In this document: piece after piece, positions 28,126-37,482 of the stretch
Layout: each line of letters opens with the position of its first letter
Position numbering within the stretch: the first letter of the stretch is position 1
Assembly: GCA_041652735.1 (NCBI GenBank)
Contig: JBAZGT010000005.1
Span: 457-64,456, forward strand
DNA from: Dehalococcoidales bacterium
Lineage (GTDB): Bacteria; Chloroflexota; Dehalococcoidia; Dehalococcoidales; RBG-16-60-22
Reading direction: 5' to 3'
Length of the DNA: 64,000 bases
The notes under the pieces: generated by a model
Databases searched by the model: none
What the model was told of the DNA's origin: nothing
Seen by the model: only the letters and a program-made list of their open reading frames with translations
Position numbers and translations under genes: made by a program

Positions 28126-28890
28126 CTAATAGGCATAAAGTCGGCCGTAAGGCCGGAGCCACTTGGGATACAGCTTGATGAACTTGCGGCCGAGTATTTC
28201 CGCGGCATCGTAGCCGAAGAACGCCGCGAAGGCCGTGACGTGCTCTTTCAGGACGACCATGTCTTTTTCATCGAGCCCGGCGGTGCCTACCTCTTTACCC
28301 AGTTGGAATGGGGCGACGTTGCCCTGGATGTATATGACGCCGCCGTGCATGCCCGTGCCGATGTACTTGGCGCAGTGGTTGCGGCTTTCGCCCAGGGTCA
28401 GGCCCAGCATAATCAGCACGCCGCCGGCCATATATTCGCCGACAAAGTCCTGCGCCGTCCCGCCGATGACGAGAACCGGCTTCTTTTCCTTATATTCCTT
28501 CATGTGGATGCCGGCGCGGTAGCCCACGTCCCCGCGGATATAGATTTTGCCGCCCCGCGCGGAAAGCCCCACCGTATCACCGGCGCGGCCGTGGACCACT
28601 ATCTGCCCCTCGTTCATGGTGTGGCCGCAGCCGTCCTGCGCGTTGCCGTGGACGGTGATGCGCGGCCCGTTCATGAAAGCGCCCAGGTCGTTGCCGGGGG
28701 TGCCGTGTATCTCCAGTTCCACCGGCTGGTTCAGGTCGGTGCCCAGGTAGCGCTGGCCGTGAACGTTACGCAGCTCTATTTTCCCGGCCCCGGCCGCCAC
28801 CAGCTCCCGCAGGCGGGTATTGAGGTCCCGGTAGTAAACGCCGGCGGTATCGATAGTGGTTACGGATTCTTTAATCATAGTCGTCGTCAT
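28126..28890 (-). CDS. Glutamate synthase GXGXG-domain subunit (archaeal-type GltB domain 3)
   Basis: 254 aa. Repeated beta-helix pattern: HGTPGNDLGAFMNGPRITVHGNAQDGCGHTMNEGQIVVHGRAGD. Confidence 0.8.
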   Translation of the reverse strand: MTTTMIKESVTTIDTAGVYYRDLNTRLRELVAAGAGKIELRNVHGQRYLGTDLNQPVELEIHGTPGNDLGAFMNGPRITVHGNAQDGCGHTMNEGQIVVHGRAGDTVGLSARGGKIYIRGDVGYRAGIHMKEYKEKKPVLVIGGTAQDFVGEYMAGGVLIMLGLTLGESRNHCAKYIGTGMHGGVIYIQGNVAPFQLGKEVGTAGLDEKDMVVLKEHVTAFAAFFGYDAAEILGRKFIKLYPKWLRPYGRLYAY

Positions 28891-28891
28891 A

Positions 28892-30394
28892 TCAGTTACC
28901 TGCCATTCTTATGCCCAGTATATTCAGCTCGGTATCGGACAGGCCGATGCCGCGCAGGTGCAAACGGTTGCCGCGCAGACTTTCCAGGGCGTTGACGCCC
29001 AGCCCGCCGAGTATATCTTTCAGCTCGATGCTCCAGCCGCGGAGCAGGTTGGCCGCCCGCCGCGCCCCTATTTCCGGGTTGATACGCTTGGTCAGGCGGA
29101 GGTCCGTGGTGCAGATGCCCCAGGCGCACTTGCCGGTATGGCACTGCTGGCAGACGTGGCAGCCCAGTGAGATTAATGCCGCCGTGCCGATGTTGACCGC
29201 GTCCGCCCCCAGGGCGATGGCCTTGGCGATATCGCCGCTGTTGCGGAAGCCGCCGGAAACGACGATGGACGCCAGGTGCCGGATGCCTTCCTGCCGCAAG
29301 CGACTATCGATGGAGGCCAGCGCCAGCTCGATGGGGATGCCCACGTTATCGCGGATGACCTTGGGCGCCGCCCCGGTCGCCCCCCGCAGCCCGTCGATAA
29401 CCACGATGTCCGCCCCGCCCCGCACGATGCCGCTGGCGATGGCGGCGGCGTTGTGGACGGCGGCTATTTTCACGGCTATGGGCTTGGTATAGTTGGTCGC
29501 CTCTTTCAGGGCGTAAATCAGCTGTGACAGGTCTTCGATGGAGTAGATATCATGGTGGGGGAAGGGCGAAAGCGCATCGGTGCCTTCCGGAATCATGCGG
29601 GTAAGCGAGACCTCGGCGCTGACTTTCTCGCCGGGGAGGTGTCCGCCGATGCCGGGCTTGGCGCCCTGCCCGATTTTAATTTCCACGATACGCCCGGCGT
29701 TAAGGTATTCCGAATGTACGCCGAAGCGCCCGGACGCCACCTGGACGATGGCGTTCTGCCCGTACTTGATAAGGCTGGGGTGCAGGCCGCCCTCGCCGGT
29801 GTTCCAGAGGGTGCCGGTTTCCGTGGCCGCCCGCGCCAGGGACTCCTGGGCATTCAGGCTGATGGAGCCATAGGACATGGCGGAGAACATGACGGGCATT
29901 TCCAGCCGGACCTGCGGCGGAATTTTGGTCTTCAGTTTGCCGCTGGCGTCCACCTCGACGCGCTCCGGCTTGCGGCCCAGATAGGTGGTCAGTTCCATCG
30001 GCTCGCGGAGCGGGTCGATGGACGGGTTGGTCACCTGGCTGGCGTTGAGCACTAAATGGTCCCAGTAAATGCGCTGCCCTTTGTCATCGCCCATGCCGGT
30101 AAGCAGCACGCCGCCGGTCTCCGCCTGCTTGGTGATGTCCTCGATGATATCCGGCCGCCAGTTATAGTTGCCGCGGTAGTCCAGCGGGTTGTAGGTCACT
30201 CTTAAAGCGTTGGTGGGGCAGAACACCTCGCAGCGGTGGCAGCCCACGCAGTTTTCTTCCTTGCTCTTGATTTTGTCCTCTTCGGCATCGTAATAGTTGG
30301 CGCCGAAGCTGCACTGGTTGACGCAGACCTGGCAGCGGATGCAGCGTTCGTCGTCACGGTGTATTAAAAATTTGGATGTTAGTAAAGTTTTCAT
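28892..30394 (-). CDS. Glutamate synthase FMN-binding subunit (GltB domain 2) with an N-terminal 2x[4Fe-4S] ferredoxin domain
   Basis: 500 aa. Contains CIRCQVCVNQC and CVGCHRCEVFCP, then the GEGG, GAKPGIGGHLPG and DGLRGATGAAP TIM-barrel motifs. Confidence 0.85.
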   Translation of the reverse strand: MKTLLTSKFLIHRDDERCIRCQVCVNQCSFGANYYDAEEDKIKSKEENCVGCHRCEVFCPTNALRVTYNPLDYRGNYNWRPDIIEDITKQAETGGVLLTGMGDDKGQRIYWDHLVLNASQVTNPSIDPLREPMELTTYLGRKPERVEVDASGKLKTKIPPQVRLEMPVMFSAMSYGSISLNAQESLARAATETGTLWNTGEGGLHPSLIKYGQNAIVQVASGRFGVHSEYLNAGRIVEIKIGQGAKPGIGGHLPGEKVSAEVSLTRMIPEGTDALSPFPHHDIYSIEDLSQLIYALKEATNYTKPIAVKIAAVHNAAAIASGIVRGGADIVVIDGLRGATGAAPKVIRDNVGIPIELALASIDSRLRQEGIRHLASIVVSGGFRNSGDIAKAIALGADAVNIGTAALISLGCHVCQQCHTGKCAWGICTTDLRLTKRINPEIGARRAANLLRGWSIELKDILGGLGVNALESLRGNRLHLRGIGLSDTELNILGIRMAGN

Positions 30395-30658
30395 TTCAGT
30401 TTCCTCTTAAGTTTCCTCTCCCCTCCGCGGGAGAGGATTAAGGCGAGGGGGTACCCGAATCCCTCTCGCCTCTCCCTTTATTAAAGGGAGACGATATCAT
30501 TTTCCCGGTACTATGTTCCTTATTTAACCTTTACTATTGTCCCTCTTTGAAAAAGAGGGATTAAGGGAGATTTTTTAACGCTTTCCCCCTCTCCTCCCCG
30601 GGATTCTTCGCTTCGCTCAGCATGAAAATCCAGGCAAATCCCTTCAAACTAATAGTCC
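30395..30658. repeat. Cluster of family-B/A hairpin elements inside the glutamate synthase operon
   Basis: Hairpins include TCTCCCCTCCGCGGGAGAGG, CTCTCCCTTTATTAAAGGGAGA, CCCTCTTTGAAAAAGAGGG and GGATTCTTCGCTTCGCTCAGCATGAAAATCC. Confidence 0.65.
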
Positions 30659-31801
30659 TTACCGCGCCGCCGCTTTCTCTTTAGCTTTGGTCATGGGCCG
30701 GGCCGCCGACTTCAGCCGCGCGATGACCGGCTCCCCGCCCACCGGGCTCCAGACGTTGTCCAGCTCCGGGCTGACCAGGCGGATGGCGGATTCCTCGGAA
30801 GAGAGATAGACCATATCGCCCTTTTCCCCCACCACCATGGGCCGCAGCCGGATGCGGTCGGTCAGGCCGATCATCTCCCCGCTGTGGGCGATGATAATGG
30901 CGAAGGGCCCGTTCAGCAGCAGGCTGCCGTAAGTCAGCCGCAGCGCGCTGTCGAGCTCCCGCTCGGCCTCCGGCATCCGCCCGATGTCGTCCCAGAAGGG
31001 CGCCGCCAGCACTTTAACGGCTATTTCCAGCGGCAGGTTATGCTTGCGCATCAGCAGGTCCACCGCGTAGGCTATTACCTCCGTGTCCGTCTGCATGGTG
31101 CACTGGTAGCCGAACTGCTCCAGGTAGCGGCGGTTGATGCCGTAAGAGGAGATTTCCCCGTTATGCACCACCGTCCAGTCCAGGATGGAGAAGGGGTGCG
31201 CGCCGCCCCACCACGCCGCCGTATTGGTGGGGAACCGCCCGTGGGAAGTCCACAGGTAGCCTTTATATTCCTCCAGGCGGAAGTATTCCGCTATTTCCTC
31301 CGGGAAGCCCACCCCCTTGAAAACGGCCATGTTCTTGCCGCTGGAGAATACGAAGCTGTCATTGGCGCTGGTGTTTATCTGCATCACCTTGGACACCACG
31401 TAATCGTCCGCGGAAAGCTTTTCCGTCAGGGTGTCCGGGACATCCACGTAATAGCGGTAGACCAGCGGCGGGTTCTTGATGGCCGCCGTGGCGCGGGTGG
31501 GCACCTCTTCCTGGTAGGCTACCGTAAAATTGTCCCGCAAAAACGCCTCGGTGTCCTGCTTGTCCCGTCCGCTCAAATACATCAGGTGCAGCGCGTACTT
31601 GTCCGCGTGCTCCGGGTACAGGCCGTAAACGGCGAAGCCGCCGCCCAGCCCGTTGCCGCGGTCGTGCATGTTGGCGATAGCCCGGATAACGCCCTCCCCG
31701 GAAAAGCGCCGGCCGGACTTGTCCATCGCGCCGAATATGGAGCAGGCGTCGATTACTTTATCGTCGCCGAAGGTGTTATTAATGCGCAGGAAGTTTTTCA
31801 T
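30659..31801 (-). CDS. Class II glutamine amidotransferase subunit (GltB domain 1)
   Basis: The track ORF is trimmed to the ATG at 31799-31801 (MKNFLRINNTFGDDKVIDACSIFG...). A catalytic-type Cys sits in the ACSIFG context, with the RGNGLGGGF and HNGEISSY patterns. Confidence 0.8.
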   Translation of the reverse strand: MKNFLRINNTFGDDKVIDACSIFGAMDKSGRRFSGEGVIRAIANMHDRGNGLGGGFAVYGLYPEHADKYALHLMYLSGRDKQDTEAFLRDNFTVAYQEEVPTRATAAIKNPPLVYRYYVDVPDTLTEKLSADDYVVSKVMQINTSANDSFVFSSGKNMAVFKGVGFPEEIAEYFRLEEYKGYLWTSHGRFPTNTAAWWGGAHPFSILDWTVVHNGEISSYGINRRYLEQFGYQCTMQTDTEVIAYAVDLLMRKHNLPLEIAVKVLAAPFWDDIGRMPEAERELDSALRLTYGSLLLNGPFAIIIAHSGEMIGLTDRIRLRPMVVGEKGDMVYLSSEESAIRLVSPELDNVWSPVGGEPVIARLKSAARPMTKAKEKAAAR

Positions 31802-31823
31802 GGGAAATCCTTTCCGGGAAATA

Positions 31824-33149
31824 CTAGTGTCCGGTGACGGCTGCCGCCGGCTTTTCCGCCGCGGCGGGCCTGGCCAGCTTGGAGCGCCATAGCGACTCCG
31901 GCAGGGAAGCCAGGCCGAAATCATCGGCCACGAGGGCTTGCTTGAAGGCGGAAACGTCCGCGCCGTCTTTCATCAGGTTATAGACAATCCCGGACTTCTC
32001 GATATCCCCGGCGTAAATAAGCCCCGCCAGTTTGCCGTTTTTCAGTATTACCTTGCGGTAAATGCCGTCCCGCCGGTTTATCAGCGTTTCATAAGAGTTG
32101 TCCGGGGAAACGACCAGCCCGGCCGATACCACGTTAACGCCGAAGTATTTCAAAGCGTTCATGGCGGTGCCGCCTTTATATTCGGTGGGCTGCCCGGCCA
32201 TGTTGAGCCCGGCCACCCGTCCCCCCTCGTAGGCGTTGGGCCAGATGGGGGTGAGGCGGTTGTTGCCGGTAACGAAGTCGAAAGCCTCGGCCACATCGCC
32301 GCAGGCGTAAATATCCTTTTCCGAAGTCTCCATGTGGCGGTCGACGGTGATGCCCCGGCCGGTCTTGATGCCGGTCCCGGTCACCAGGTCCAGGCGCGGC
32401 CGCACGCCGATGGCCGCGATTACCATCTCGCAGTGTATCAGCCGCCCGTCGTCCAGGGTCACGCCGCTGACCTCGCCGCGCAGGTTGCTGTTAATCCTGG
32501 TCACGGTATGCCCGGTGATGATGGTCACGCCGGCCAGCAGCAGCGCCGTGGTTTCCATGGCGGAGGCCTCTTCATCCAGGATGGTGTTCAGGATGCGGTC
32601 TTTCATCTCCACGATAACCACGTCCATGCCCCGCTTCATCAGCGCTTCCGTGACGCTCACGCCGATAAGCCCCCCGCCGATGACCACCGCCTTGAGCCGC
32701 CGGTGCGGGTTGAAGGCCGCGTCTATGGCTTTGGCGTCATCGAGGCGGTTAAAGGTAAACACGTTCTTAAGGTCGATGCCTTCCGTATTGGGCACGATGG
32801 GCGTGCCGCCGGTCGCCAGCAGCAAATGCTCCCAGGTCAGCATCAGTCCGCTGGCCAGGGCGGCGGTGCGGGCGTCGGGGTTTATCTTGAGCGCTTTATC
32901 GCCCAGGATGGCCCGCGCCCCGTTCTTCTCGTAAAAATCCGGCTTGCGGTACAGCATCCGGTCGATGGGCCCGGGGTGCGCCAGGTAGTCCGAGATAAGC
33001 GGCCGGGAATAGGCGGGGTAGGGCTCATCGGAGACGATGGCGAGCGTGCCCGCCGTGTCCGCCTCGCGTATAGCTTCCGCCGCGCCGATAGCGCCGGCCG
33101 AGTTGCCGATAATCAGATACTCTAATTTTTTCACTGTCATTTGAATCAC
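31824..33149 (-). CDS. FAD-dependent pyridine nucleotide-disulfide oxidoreductase family protein
   Basis: 441 aa. Dinucleotide folds YLIIGNSAGAIGAAE and VVIGGGLIGVSVTE, plus ACGDVA. Confidence 0.75.
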   Translation of the reverse strand: MIQMTVKKLEYLIIGNSAGAIGAAEAIREADTAGTLAIVSDEPYPAYSRPLISDYLAHPGPIDRMLYRKPDFYEKNGARAILGDKALKINPDARTAALASGLMLTWEHLLLATGGTPIVPNTEGIDLKNVFTFNRLDDAKAIDAAFNPHRRLKAVVIGGGLIGVSVTEALMKRGMDVVIVEMKDRILNTILDEEASAMETTALLLAGVTIITGHTVTRINSNLRGEVSGVTLDDGRLIHCEMVIAAIGVRPRLDLVTGTGIKTGRGITVDRHMETSEKDIYACGDVAEAFDFVTGNNRLTPIWPNAYEGGRVAGLNMAGQPTEYKGGTAMNALKYFGVNVVSAGLVVSPDNSYETLINRRDGIYRKVILKNGKLAGLIYAGDIEKSGIVYNLMKDGADVSAFKQALVADDFGLASLPESLWRSKLARPAAAEKPAAAVTGH

Positions 33150-33167
33150 CTGAATGTGGGGATATTT

Positions 33168-33605
33168 TTAGATGTCCGCGTAGACCAGGGCCTCGTTGGG
33201 GCAGTTGGCCACGCAGACCGGTATTTCTTCGTCCTGGCAGAGGTCGCACTTGACCATCACCTTTTTCACGTTATCCAGCCTGGGCACGCCGAGCGGGCAG
33301 GCCAGGGCGCAGGTGCCGCAGCCGATGCAGCGCTCTTCATCCACCTCTATCAGGGAGGTTACGGGGTCGCGCGATAAAGCGCCGGTGAGGCAGGCGCGGA
33401 GGCAGGGGGCGTCCACGCAGTGCTGGCAGCGCACGGAGAGGGAGACGACGCCGCTTTCATCCACGCGGAGGCGGGGGATGGCGCGGGGGCTCTCTTTTTT
33501 GTAGGCTTTGACCAGGTCTTGGGTGCCGGCGTGCTTCTGTAGGCAGTAGACCTCGCAGAGGTGGCAGCCGATGCAGACCTTGTCCTTGATAATGACCTGT
33601 TTCAT
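33168..33605 (-). CDS. 4Fe-4S dicluster ferredoxin-domain protein
   Basis: The track ORF is trimmed to the ATG at 33603-33605 (MKQVIIKDKVCIGCHLCEVYC...). It has several CxxCxxCxxxC(P) motifs. Confidence 0.8.
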   Translation of the reverse strand: MKQVIIKDKVCIGCHLCEVYCLQKHAGTQDLVKAYKKESPRAIPRLRVDESGVVSLSVRCQHCVDAPCLRACLTGALSRDPVTSLIEVDEERCIGCGTCALACPLGVPRLDNVKKVMVKCDLCQDEEIPVCVANCPNEALVYADI

Positions 33606-33957
33606 ATTGCCCCCAAAAGATGCGGAATGCGGCAACCGATTACCGCATGTTAATAATATCAAATTACAAATGGTTTGTCAATACCGCCCGTATGAAATAT
33701 TTATTGCGGGAGGCCGGGGTGGCGCCGTAGCGCCGGTACTACTGCCGGTTGTGAAGACGGCGGCGTTATTTACCCCGCCCCCCTTTACCGGAAAGACCCG
33801 CCGCGCCGGGAAAAATCTGTAGCGGACGGTACCCGTTAACGTTACCTGCCTTTATTAACAAAAAATTTAGGCATTTCATAGCTGTGTTTATGTTTTATTT
33901 ACATCCTTGAGACTAATATTACCTTAGAACTAATCTATAGTAACGGATGTAGTAAAA

Positions 33958-34536
33958 TTGGTGGAACGAGTCATCGTCAGGAGAATAAGGAGCAGCCGGC
34001 AGCGTTCGGCGTTCCCCGGCGCGCAGGGCAGCGGCATCAAGCTGCTGAATGAGGAAATCGCCCGGCGGTTCAACCCGGCCATGCTGGACCTGGGCGATGT
34101 CAACATGCCTTGCCAGGAAAAAGAGGCGGTAGCCGCCGTCTTCGACCTTACCGGCTTCACCAATTTCTGCAACCAGGTGGACGCCTACCTGGCTATACCC
34201 CGCTTCCTCAATAAATTCCTGGACTGGTTTTTTACCAGCATCAAGGAAGGCATGACCGAGGAAAACGACGGCACCCGCAGCACCTTCTGGATGGAGCTGC
34301 CCGTGCTCGTTAAGTTCCTGGGCGATGGGCTGCTGGTGGTCTGGGACGCCCACCATCTGACGGAAGAGCAAATATGCCGCCGGACTATGCCCGGATGTTC
34401 GTACCCAAATACGTTTCCATCAAGGGAGCGGGGGGAGGACGAGCAGGTCTGGGTAGCTAGAGATGAATTTGAACGGTTGCCGGAAAGGACCCGGCAGCAT
34501 TACTGTTCAATGGAAACTGTAGCAGCGTTCGCCTAG
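33958..34536 (+). CDS. Short class III nucleotidyl-cyclase-like ORF (atypical or possibly degenerate)
   Basis: AVFDLTGFTNF and KFLGDGLLVVW look like the two metal-Asp motifs of class III cyclases. I cannot find the downstream RxGxHxG and GxxVNxAxR segments in any frame. The start is uncertain: TTG at 33958, or ATG at 34081 or 34105. Confidence 0.4.
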   Translation: MVERVIVRRIRSSRQRSAFPGAQGSGIKLLNEEIARRFNPAMLDLGDVNMPCQEKEAVAAVFDLTGFTNFCNQVDAYLAIPRFLNKFLDWFFTSIKEGMTEENDGTRSTFWMELPVLVKFLGDGLLVVWDAHHLTEEQICRRTMPGCSYPNTFPSRERGEDEQVWVARDEFERLPERTRQHYCSMETVAAFA

Positions 34537-34576
34537 CGCCGGTTGCCGGTAAACCGCTGGGAAAGACACAAGGAAT

Positions 34577-35773
34577 ATGAATATGGTGAATAGTCAAGAA
34601 ATAACGCGCCCGGAATACAGTCCGCCCAGCTCGGTGGAGCAGGAGAACAGCAGCCGGCTGCAAATGATTTTTGAGATAAACCGGAGAGACCTCTCCCAGA
34701 TGCGCGTGTCGAAGATGCTGGAGCAGGTCATCAGGATGACCCAGCGGACGCTTAACGCCGCCGCGGCTTCCATCCTGCTCTTCCGGGACAGCAGCCAGGA
34801 GCTGTACTTCGAGGCGGCTACCGGCACGGTTGGCAAAGCGCTGCGCCAGGTGAAACTCAATACCCAGTACGGCATCGCCGGGCAGGTGGCGCGCACCGGC
34901 AAGCCGCTTATCGTTAACGATGTCAGCCGCAGCACCAATTTCCACAAGATGATAGATGACACCACCGGCTTTACCACCAGGTCGCTGCTCTGCGCCCCGC
35001 TGAGTGTCAACAACAAGATACTCGGCGTCGTGGAAGTATTGAACAAGAAGGATGGGACTATTTTCGGCGAGCAGGACCTGGAAACGGTAATCTCCGTAGC
35101 CAACATGACGGCGATGGCTATAGATAATACCCGGACGCACCAGACTATGCTGGAAGCCTACAAAAACACCATCAAGGCTATGGCCGCGATGGTTGACGCC
35201 AGGGAGCTGTATGCCAAAGGGCATTCCCTGCGGGTGATGGAGTACATCGTCAAAGCGGGGGTGGTCCTCTGCCTCAACGCCGAGGAGTTGGAGCAGCTGG
35301 AATACGCCGGTATGATGCATGACATCGGCAAGATGGCGGTTGATTCCAGCATCTTGAGCAAGCCCGGGCCGCTGACGTCGGCGGAGTGGAAAATAATGCA
35401 GAATCACCCGCTGGCGGGCGCTGACTTCTGTTATGAAATCCCGTTCCTGGATAAGGTGGGGGAAATCGTGCTCTGCCACCATGAAAAATACGATGGCGCC
35501 GGTTATCCCAACGGCTTTAGCGGCGAGGATATACCCCTGGGGGCGCGCCTGCTGGCTGTCGCCGAAGCGTTCGATACCATGACCACCGACCGCTCTTACC
35601 GCCCCGCCATGCCCATAGACGAGGCCGTCAGGGAGCTGAACAGCTATGCCGGCAGCCAGTTCTGCCCCGTGGCCGTCAAGGCTTTGATTTCCGCGCTGCG
35701 CCTCAATACCTTGAAAGCGGCGCCCCGGGATTTAGCCCAGATGAAAGGTTTACCGGACCTGGGTAAACTGTAA
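34577..35773 (+). CDS. GAF domain plus HD-GYP phosphohydrolase
   Basis: 398 aa. A GAF-like N-terminal half (AASILLF...YFEAATG...GIAGQVARTG...DVSR), then the HD (MMHDIGK) and HHEKYDGAGYP motifs. Confidence 0.85.
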   Translation: MNMVNSQEITRPEYSPPSSVEQENSSRLQMIFEINRRDLSQMRVSKMLEQVIRMTQRTLNAAAASILLFRDSSQELYFEAATGTVGKALRQVKLNTQYGIAGQVARTGKPLIVNDVSRSTNFHKMIDDTTGFTTRSLLCAPLSVNNKILGVVEVLNKKDGTIFGEQDLETVISVANMTAMAIDNTRTHQTMLEAYKNTIKAMAAMVDARELYAKGHSLRVMEYIVKAGVVLCLNAEELEQLEYAGMMHDIGKMAVDSSILSKPGPLTSAEWKIMQNHPLAGADFCYEIPFLDKVGEIVLCHHEKYDGAGYPNGFSGEDIPLGARLLAVAEAFDTMTTDRSYRPAMPIDEAVRELNSYAGSQFCPVAVKALISALRLNTLKAAPRDLAQMKGLPDLGKL

Positions 35774-35808
35774 AAAGGCCGCGGCGGAAGGGAAAAAGGG
35801 GAGAAATA

Positions 35809-36579
35809 ATGGATATTCGCATTCTCGGCGCGCATAATAATGAGTCCACCGGCACCAGTTGCGTTACTTTCCTCGTGGACGGCACGCTGGCGGTAGAGGC
35901 CGGCGGCCTCACTTCCCGGCTCACCATGGAGGAGCAGCAAAAGCTGGACGCGGTCATCGTGACCCATCACCACCTGGACCATATCCGGGACATTCCCGGT
36001 CTGGCCCTTAACCTGTGCCGCCTGGGCTCCAGCCTGGACGTGTATACCACCCCGGAAGTCGGCGATGTTATCAAAGACCACATGCTGAACGCGGTGGTGT
36101 ACCCGGATTTCCAGAATATACCGGAAAAGAAGCCTACGCTGGTCTTCCTGGAGATAGAGCCTTACGGCTTGCAGTGGATAGACGGCCACAGTATACTGCC
36201 GGTGCCGGTGCACCACTCCGGCCAGGCGGTAGGCTATCAAATCAGCGATAAACAAGGCAAGACTTTATTTTATACCGGGGATACGGGGCCGGGGCTCAAT
36301 GAGTGCTGGCGGCATGTTTCCCCGCAGCTGTTGATTATAGAAGTAACTTTTACCAACGCCTGTGAGGAGATGGCCCGCCAAACGGGGCACCTCACGGCGC
36401 GTTTGCTGGAACAGGAGCTTGTCAGCTTCCGGGAGATTAAAGGATATCTGCCGGAGGTACTCGCCATCCACCTTGACGCCGTGCTCGAGTCCACCATCAG
36501 GGAAGAGCTGGCGGCGGTAGCGGCCAACCTGCAAATTCCCATTACCGTGGCGCGGGAAGAAATGCGGTTAACGGTCTAG
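35809..36579 (+). CDS. MBL-fold hydrolase resembling class II cyclic-nucleotide phosphodiesterases (paralog of 25921..26691)
   Basis: 256 aa. THHHLDHIRDIPGL matches the HxHLDH class II PDE signature as I remember it. Confidence 0.55.
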   Translation: MDIRILGAHNNESTGTSCVTFLVDGTLAVEAGGLTSRLTMEEQQKLDAVIVTHHHLDHIRDIPGLALNLCRLGSSLDVYTTPEVGDVIKDHMLNAVVYPDFQNIPEKKPTLVFLEIEPYGLQWIDGHSILPVPVHHSGQAVGYQISDKQGKTLFYTGDTGPGLNECWRHVSPQLLIIEVTFTNACEEMARQTGHLTARLLEQELVSFREIKGYLPEVLAIHLDAVLESTIREELAAVAANLQIPITVAREEMRLTV

Positions 36580-36630
36580 AAGAAACGGTAGCATTACCGT
36601 TTCACGTAACCTTTTGGATTCGCCTTAAAT

Positions 36631-36717
36631 GTTATTCTGAGTAATCCCGCCACGGAAGCATGACGAAGAATCCGGGGCAGTACAGAAAGCGGGTTCTTCG
36701 TTGTGCTTGGAATAACC
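36631..36717. repeat. Family-A-like hairpin variants (GTTATTCTGAG...GAAGAATCC; GGGTTCTTCG...GGAATAACC)
   Basis: Read directly; lies upstream of the formate dehydrogenase operon. Confidence 0.55.
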
Positions 36718-36960
36718 TGCCCATACTTTCATTCCCCCCCGCCGGTGCTATCCCCCGTCCCCGGCGGACTAGTTCCCCCCCTCCCCCTGTTTAGGTATAA
36801 ATGCTGACTCCCCTTGTGGTTTCATCCCTTGATATTTGCTATAGTAAATGAAATAATTAAAAAGGGCGTACTATAGAGCCCGTGATATTTTCCTCCCTTC
36901 TTCATCAACGCCCCCGGAACGCTGTCAGTGGGACGGGCGGCAGCTAAAGCGAGGCACCTT

Positions 36961-37482
36961 ATGAGTACTGCTGAAACAAAAACAGCCGTAAAAGAGAATG
37001 TAAGCACCGCCGCCCGGGTGGACGAAATACTCAAGTCTTTCACCGGCGGGAAATCGGAGCTGATACCCATCCTCCAGCAGGTCCAGCAGGCGCTGGGCTA
37101 TCTGCCGGAAGATGCGATGCGCCGCATCGCCGGGTTTGTCCGGGAGCCGGAATCCACGGTTTACGGCGTGGCTACCTTTTATGCCCAGTTCAAACTCGTC
37201 CCCACCGGCCGCAACGTGGTGCGGGTATGCCGCGGCACCGCCTGTCACGTTAAAGGCGGCGACCGTATTCTCAGGGAAGTCCAGCGCTATCTCGGCATCA
37301 AGCCGGGGGAAAGCACGCCGGACATGGAATACGCGCTGGAAACGGTAGCCTGTATCGGTGCCTGCGCGCTGGCGCCCACCATGACCATCAATAATGAGAC
37401 CCACGGTGAGATGACCACCAGGAAAGTAGCGGAAATATTCGGCCAACGCAGCGAGGGAAAAGAGCATGAAAATAGCAAATGA
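36961..37482 (+). CDS. NuoE/HydC-like [2Fe-2S] thioredoxin-fold subunit
   Basis: Contains VRVCRGTACHVKGG and CIGACALAP cluster motifs. Start set at the ATG at 36961; the track gives an alternative at 36928. Confidence 0.8.
   Translation: MSTAETKTAVKENVSTAARVDEILKSFTGGKSELIPILQQVQQALGYLPEDAMRRIAGFVREPESTVYGVATFYAQFKLVPTGRNVVRVCRGTACHVKGGDRILREVQRYLGIKPGESTPDMEYALETVACIGACALAPTMTINNETHGEMTTRKVAEIFGQRSEGKEHENSK

Noticed and set aside
33958-34536. Calling the short cyclase-like ORF a Pycsar PycC pyrimidine cyclase.
   Set aside because: Only half of a cyclase domain is recognisable and it is not adjacent to the PycTM-like gene (7 kb away, separated by the glt operon). There is no basis for nucleotide specificity.
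36580-36960. Moco riboswitch upstream of the formate dehydrogenase operon.
   Set aside because: I looked for the conserved Moco-motif cores but could not match them convincingly from memory. The region is largely family-A-like hairpins plus an AT-rich promoter zone. An Rfam scan is needed.
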